In this document: positions 60,341 to 64,000 of the stretch, in pieces | Layout of the letters: each line of letters begins with the position of its first letter | How positions within the stretch are numbered: position 1 is the first letter of the stretch | Source: Candidatus Helarchaeota archaeon | Lineage (GTDB): Archaea > Asgardarchaeota > Lokiarchaeia > Helarchaeales > RDOG01 | Direction of reading: 5' to 3' | Assembly: GCA_019058315.1 (NCBI GenBank) | Contig: JAHPZH010000002.1 | Location: 753,625-817,624, forward strand | DNA: 64,000 bases | Notes under the pieces: model-generated | The model's database searches: none | What the model was told of the DNA's origin: nothing | What the model saw: the letters and a program-made list of their open reading frames with translations, nothing else | Position numbers and translations under genes: made by a program

Positions 60341-60904
60341 TTATCCACCCAATCTTTCAATAAATGTAATATCAGAATAAAATGGTTTAACATTTCTAAT
60401 CTCAGAACCAACAACAACTACTTCTTTTTCAATTTTAAAACCAAATGATTTAATAAAATTAACTGCTGAAAGATTTTCGGAATATACCTCACAAATCCAT
60501 TTTTTAATTCCTTTATCCTTCAAGTATAATCCCCCATGAACCGCTAAAGCCGTTGCTACACCTGATTTTCTAAAGCTTGGATGAACTCCAATTTGGGAAA
60601 TTAACCCAATTCTTTCTCCCTCCCGTTCTTCTATATTCACAATTATAAAACCAACTAATTTTCCTTCCTTATTTTCAGCTACAAAGATATCTTCAGCTGG
60701 AACTTCATCAAGTTCTCCAAGCGTTAAGGGGATAAAAGGATTTTTAGAATAGGTGAATGATCTGTTAAAAAGATCAATAAAAATATCTTTTTCTCGAGTT
60801 TTATCTATGTTTCTTATCTTCATTTTTGAAGATATTTCAGGAATCTTCAAAGATTCTAAATCTAGAGTCATTATGTAATAAAGATATGTTACTCGAGATT
60901 GCAT
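60341..60904 (-). CDS. GNAT-family N-acetyltransferase
   Basis: Motif A IGVHPSFRKSGVATAL. Confidence 0.7.
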   Translation of the reverse strand: MQSRVTYLYYIMTLDLESLKIPEISSKMKIRNIDKTREKDIFIDLFNRSFTYSKNPFIPLTLGELDEVPAEDIFVAENKEGKLVGFIIVNIEEREGERIGLISQIGVHPSFRKSGVATALAVHGGLYLKDKGIKKWICEVYSENLSAVNFIKSFGFKIEKEVVVVGSEIRNVKPFYSDITFIERLGG

Positions 60905-60995
60905 AATTAAGAATAAATAAAATTATATTAAAAAAATTGAATGTTCATACAAATTCTTAAAAACTACGATAATCAATCTAAAGCTTATTTATTAT

Positions 60996-62504
60996 GTGTT
61001 GGAAATGGAAGATTCTTTATTTAATCCAAGAGGCGTTGCAGTAGTAGGAGCATCTCCACATTTCGTTTCTGGAGGAACTTTCTTCTTAAGAGCACTATTA
61101 GCTGCGGAATTTCCTAAAGAAAGGTTATTTCCTATAAATCCAAAACATAAGGAAATGTATGGTCTTAAAGTTTATCCAAATCTTCAATCAGTTCCACATC
61201 CAGTGGATTATGTTATTGTTATTGTTCCTAAAAATGCCACGTTTGACGTAATGAAGGATTGTGTTGAAAAAAAAGTCAAATTAGTAAGTTGTTTCACTTC
61301 TGGATTTTCTGAAATTGGTAATAAAGAAGATGAGAAACGACTAGTGTCTATTGCTAAAAAAGGTGGTGTCCGATTATTAGGTCCTAACTGTATGGGGTTA
61401 TGTGTGCCTAAACTCCGGTTAGTGTTTGATACAGGAATCGAAGCTGGAGAGGAATGGGCAGGTAATATTTCAATTATCTCTCAATCTGGTGGAAATGCTG
61501 ATGTTATGATTATAATAGGAAATGGAATCGGTTTAAAATTTAATAAAGCGGTATCTTATGGAAATGGGTCTGATATAAATGCAGATGAACTTTTAAAATA
61601 TTTTAAAAATGACCCTGAAACTCATATAATCTTACAATATTTGGAAGGATTTAAAACAATTGAACAAGGGAGAAATTATTTGAAAACCCTTCGTGAAACG
61701 ACTCTAAAAAAACCTGTACTTATCTTTCAAGGAGGGACTACAGCTATAGGAAAACGATCTATATTCAGCCATACGGGTTCCATCTCTGGAGACAATCGTG
61801 TGATAGAAGGAGCCTTTAAGCAAGCTGGAGCTATTATGGTTAAGCAAGGAATTAGACATGTTCTATATACTGCCTTATTAATTTCATGCTTTCAAAAATC
61901 TAATAAATTATTTAAAGTTGGACCAAATCTCGGGACAATTCTAGGGGGAGGAGGTAATAATGTATATGTTGCTGATATTTGTTCTAAAATGGGATTTAAT
62001 TTTCCTGCATTCGACGAAGATATGAAAGAATGGCTTAAAAAAAATGTTGGGGAAGTTGGAACTGTATTGGGAAATCCAATTGACATGAATGCCGGCATGA
62101 GTGGCTATAAAACTGCTATTAAAATAATGAAATTGATGGATAAAATAGATCAAATTGACGTTATTACCTATGAAACCGATTTTGATTGGTGGTTAGTATC
62201 TGCTAAAATTAGACAAAAATTGGATTTATACAAAGAATTTGATTTTAAAGTATTAATGGAATCAATAATGGATACGAATGTTAAAACCTTGATTCGTAAC
62301 ATAAGAAAGCTCCAAAAACCAGTTATCCTTGTCTCTTCACAGACATTTTATGATGCAGATATCGTTTCAAAACGAAATGAATTAGAAGATACTTTTCGCA
62401 AGGCTGATATACCCATTATAAATGATATGGCTACCATGGCAACGGCTTTAAAATACCTAATTGAATATAAAGAGTATATTTTAAATGTAAAAAAAACATT
62501 ATAA
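60996..62504 (+). CDS. ADP-forming acyl-CoA synthetase alpha-like subunit (CoA-binding domain plus succinyl-CoA-synthetase-like domain)
   Basis: FNPRGVAVVGAS...(CoA-binding)...LLGPNCMGL. The track start is TTG; an ATG lies 2 codons downstream. Confidence 0.7.
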   Translation: MLEMEDSLFNPRGVAVVGASPHFVSGGTFFLRALLAAEFPKERLFPINPKHKEMYGLKVYPNLQSVPHPVDYVIVIVPKNATFDVMKDCVEKKVKLVSCFTSGFSEIGNKEDEKRLVSIAKKGGVRLLGPNCMGLCVPKLRLVFDTGIEAGEEWAGNISIISQSGGNADVMIIIGNGIGLKFNKAVSYGNGSDINADELLKYFKNDPETHIILQYLEGFKTIEQGRNYLKTLRETTLKKPVLIFQGGTTAIGKRSIFSHTGSISGDNRVIEGAFKQAGAIMVKQGIRHVLYTALLISCFQKSNKLFKVGPNLGTILGGGGNNVYVADICSKMGFNFPAFDEDMKEWLKKNVGEVGTVLGNPIDMNAGMSGYKTAIKIMKLMDKIDQIDVITYETDFDWWLVSAKIRQKLDLYKEFDFKVLMESIMDTNVKTLIRNIRKLQKPVILVSSQTFYDADIVSKRNELEDTFRKADIPIINDMATMATALKYLIEYKEYILNVKKTL

Positions 62505-62522
62505 AAATCGGAAGGATTAATA

Positions 62523-63341
62523 ATGGAAGAAGAATCAGTTGTTAATAAGTATCCCATAGTATTTTTTTATATCACTGTATTAGCGATTGGATTTATTGCT
62601 TTAATACCTGTAATATTTTTTGGAATTGGTATATTCACATTAATTTCTGCTACTAGTGCGAGTTTAGGTGCTATAATTTTTGTTGGTATAACAAGAAAAA
62701 AGGAAGGTCTTAAGGATCTATTTAGCACCTTTAAGAATTGGCGTTGTAACCCAGTTTGGTATATTATATCTATTTTTTTAATGCCTGGTCTTACACTTCT
62801 TGCAATGGGAATTTCTATTATGCTTGGTCTTCCTCTAAGATCAAGCTATCTAACCCCTCCACCTTTACGAAATTTAGAATTATTCATTTTTCAGTTCATA
62901 TTTATATTTTTTCAGGCAGGTTTAGGTGAGGAAATCGGTTGGCGCATCTACGCTACTCCAAAGCTTGCAGAAAAATATTCAAAATTAAAAGCAGCCCTAA
63001 TAGTTGGTGTTCTTTGGGCTTTCTGGCATACTCCTTTATTTTTATTTCCGGGAACGTTACAACATGAAATGTCAGTCCAAGCCGGATTTTTATTTGCTTA
63101 TTCGGGATATATGTTGTACGTAGCTCTTTCTGCTATTTTATTTGCATGGGTATATTTTCAATCAGGTGGAAATGCATGGCTACCTGTATTGCTTCACACA
63201 ACCCTGAACGCGGCTAACTGGCTCTTACTGCCGGAAGCTCCCTTCATAGTGAAGATGGTTTTTACTGTTTTAGTATGGATCCTTTCTATATTAGTTGCAG
63301 CGGTTTATGGTTCTGATCTTTCTCGAAAAATTAAGGATTAA
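62523..63341 (+). CDS. CPBP-family (CAAX protease / Abi-type) intramembrane metalloprotease
   Basis: Motif 1 GLGEEIGWR (EExxxR), motif 2 region AFWHTP, and motif 3 HTTLN (HxxxN). It is multi-TM. Confidence 0.6.
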   Translation: MEEESVVNKYPIVFFYITVLAIGFIALIPVIFFGIGIFTLISATSASLGAIIFVGITRKKEGLKDLFSTFKNWRCNPVWYIISIFLMPGLTLLAMGISIMLGLPLRSSYLTPPPLRNLELFIFQFIFIFFQAGLGEEIGWRIYATPKLAEKYSKLKAALIVGVLWAFWHTPLFLFPGTLQHEMSVQAGFLFAYSGYMLYVALSAILFAWVYFQSGGNAWLPVLLHTTLNAANWLLLPEAPFIVKMVFTVLVWILSILVAAVYGSDLSRKIKD

Positions 63342-63359
63342 CATCAGTTTATAAATTTT

Positions 63360-63923
63360 TTATCGTCTATGATTGATTAATTCTCCAATGATGTAATTAA
63401 ATGCCTCCTTAACATTCATATTCTGTTTTGCTGAAGTTTCCATATACTTAAAACCAATTTTATCAGCATATTCTTGACCTTGTGTTGGTGATATTTTTCG
63501 TGGAGAAATATCAATTTTATTGCCGATTAGAATCCTTGGGACTTCATTATCAATATATTTTTCAATTTGCTTTTTCCAAAATGATAGATTTTTAAAAGTT
63601 TTCGAATTTGTAACATCAAAAACTAATATGATACCATTTACTCTATCATAAAATTGTCTAAAAGATTCCGCCCTATAAAATTTAAGATCTCCTAATATTT
63701 GCCAAAAATTAACCTTAACTTCCTCATTAAGACTTGGCTTATTTATTTTCAAAGTCTCAATATCCCATCCCAATACATTATGTTTTCCAAGTTTTCTAAA
63801 ATCAAGGGGAAGATAACGATATAATAAAGAAGTCTTACCAGATCCATTATCACCAATAATAATAACTTTATAACTTGGCAAATTTTTTTCCCATTTCTTC
63901 AATATTATAGTAAATATAATCAC
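63360..63923 (-). CDS. Ras-superfamily small GTPase (Rab/Ras-like)
   Basis: G1 GDNGSGKTS, G4 GNKID, G5 ETSAK. The G3 region reads FWQILGD rather than WDTAGQ. There is no C-terminal Cys. Confidence 0.7.
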   Translation of the reverse strand: MIIFTIILKKWEKNLPSYKVIIIGDNGSGKTSLLYRYLPLDFRKLGKHNVLGWDIETLKINKPSLNEEVKVNFWQILGDLKFYRAESFRQFYDRVNGIILVFDVTNSKTFKNLSFWKKQIEKYIDNEVPRILIGNKIDISPRKISPTQGQEYADKIGFKYMETSAKQNMNVKEAFNYIIGELINHRR

Positions 63924-64000
63924 TTAAAATTGTAAAGAATATTAAAAATTATTTCATTTGATATTATTAAAATGAAAACCTAATGGATTTTTTCTTTTCT

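Noticed and set aside
1709-63923. Frequent TTG start codons in the ORF track (1709, 9446, 11852, 14370, 14636, 18256, 19374, 43287, 51761, 56731, 60996)
   Set aside because: This is probably a by-product of a longest-ORF rule. Several of these genes have an ATG or a better Shine-Dalgarno-spaced start a few codons downstream. It was not treated as biological signal.
1-64000. tRNA, rRNA or CRISPR content
   Set aside because: Every intergenic region was scanned for GC-rich islands, which is how tRNAs stand out in an AT-rich genome, and for regularly spaced repeats. None was found. The only tandem repeats are coding (the flotillin tail and Asp-box units) or very short (18 nt x2, 25 nt x2).

Overview
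The window is very AT-rich and gene-dense (about 63 protein-coding genes, no rRNA, tRNA or CRISPR detected). It looks like the chromosome of an Asgard, Lokiarchaeia-like archaeon. The evidence is a three-domain gelsolin carrying an N-terminal zinc ribbon, a Ras/Rab-like small GTPase, an MtrH-family methyltransferase, an archaeal A1AO-ATPase operon, a thiolase plus DUF35 pair, and a P3A-type proton pump. Housekeeping genes include leuD and leuC, thiL, pyruvate kinase, a two-subunit 2-oxoacid:ferredoxin oxidoreductase, rubredoxin, an Lpd-like flavoprotein, CorA, an ADP-forming acyl-CoA synthetase and a Trm11-like tRNA methyltransferase. The accessory content is membrane-associated. It comprises a flotillin and NfeD operon, a stomatin, three TM-anchored SAM methyltransferases, two ICMT-family methyltransferases, two CPBP/PrsW-type intramembrane proteases, a site-2 protease, two paralogous PH-like membrane proteins, and an Asp-box repeat surface protein. 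The items most worth a second look are: (1) a stand-alone SIR2_2-TPR protein that is a candidate NAD-consuming defense or signalling gene; (2) the gelsolin and small-GTPase eukaryote-like proteins; (3) a rearranged ATPase operon (F-E-A-B-D-usp-K-I-H-C) in which subunit F has no canonical start codon; (4) a TPR gene whose reading frame runs into thiL across a single TGA; (5) two families of conserved, roughly 70-nt non-coding leader elements, one carrying a conserved hexapeptide uORF directly upstream of leuDC; and (6) a 42-nt in-frame duplication of a translation-initiation region. All calls come from reading motifs in the translated ORFs and no database search was possible. Coordinates follow the supplied ORF track.
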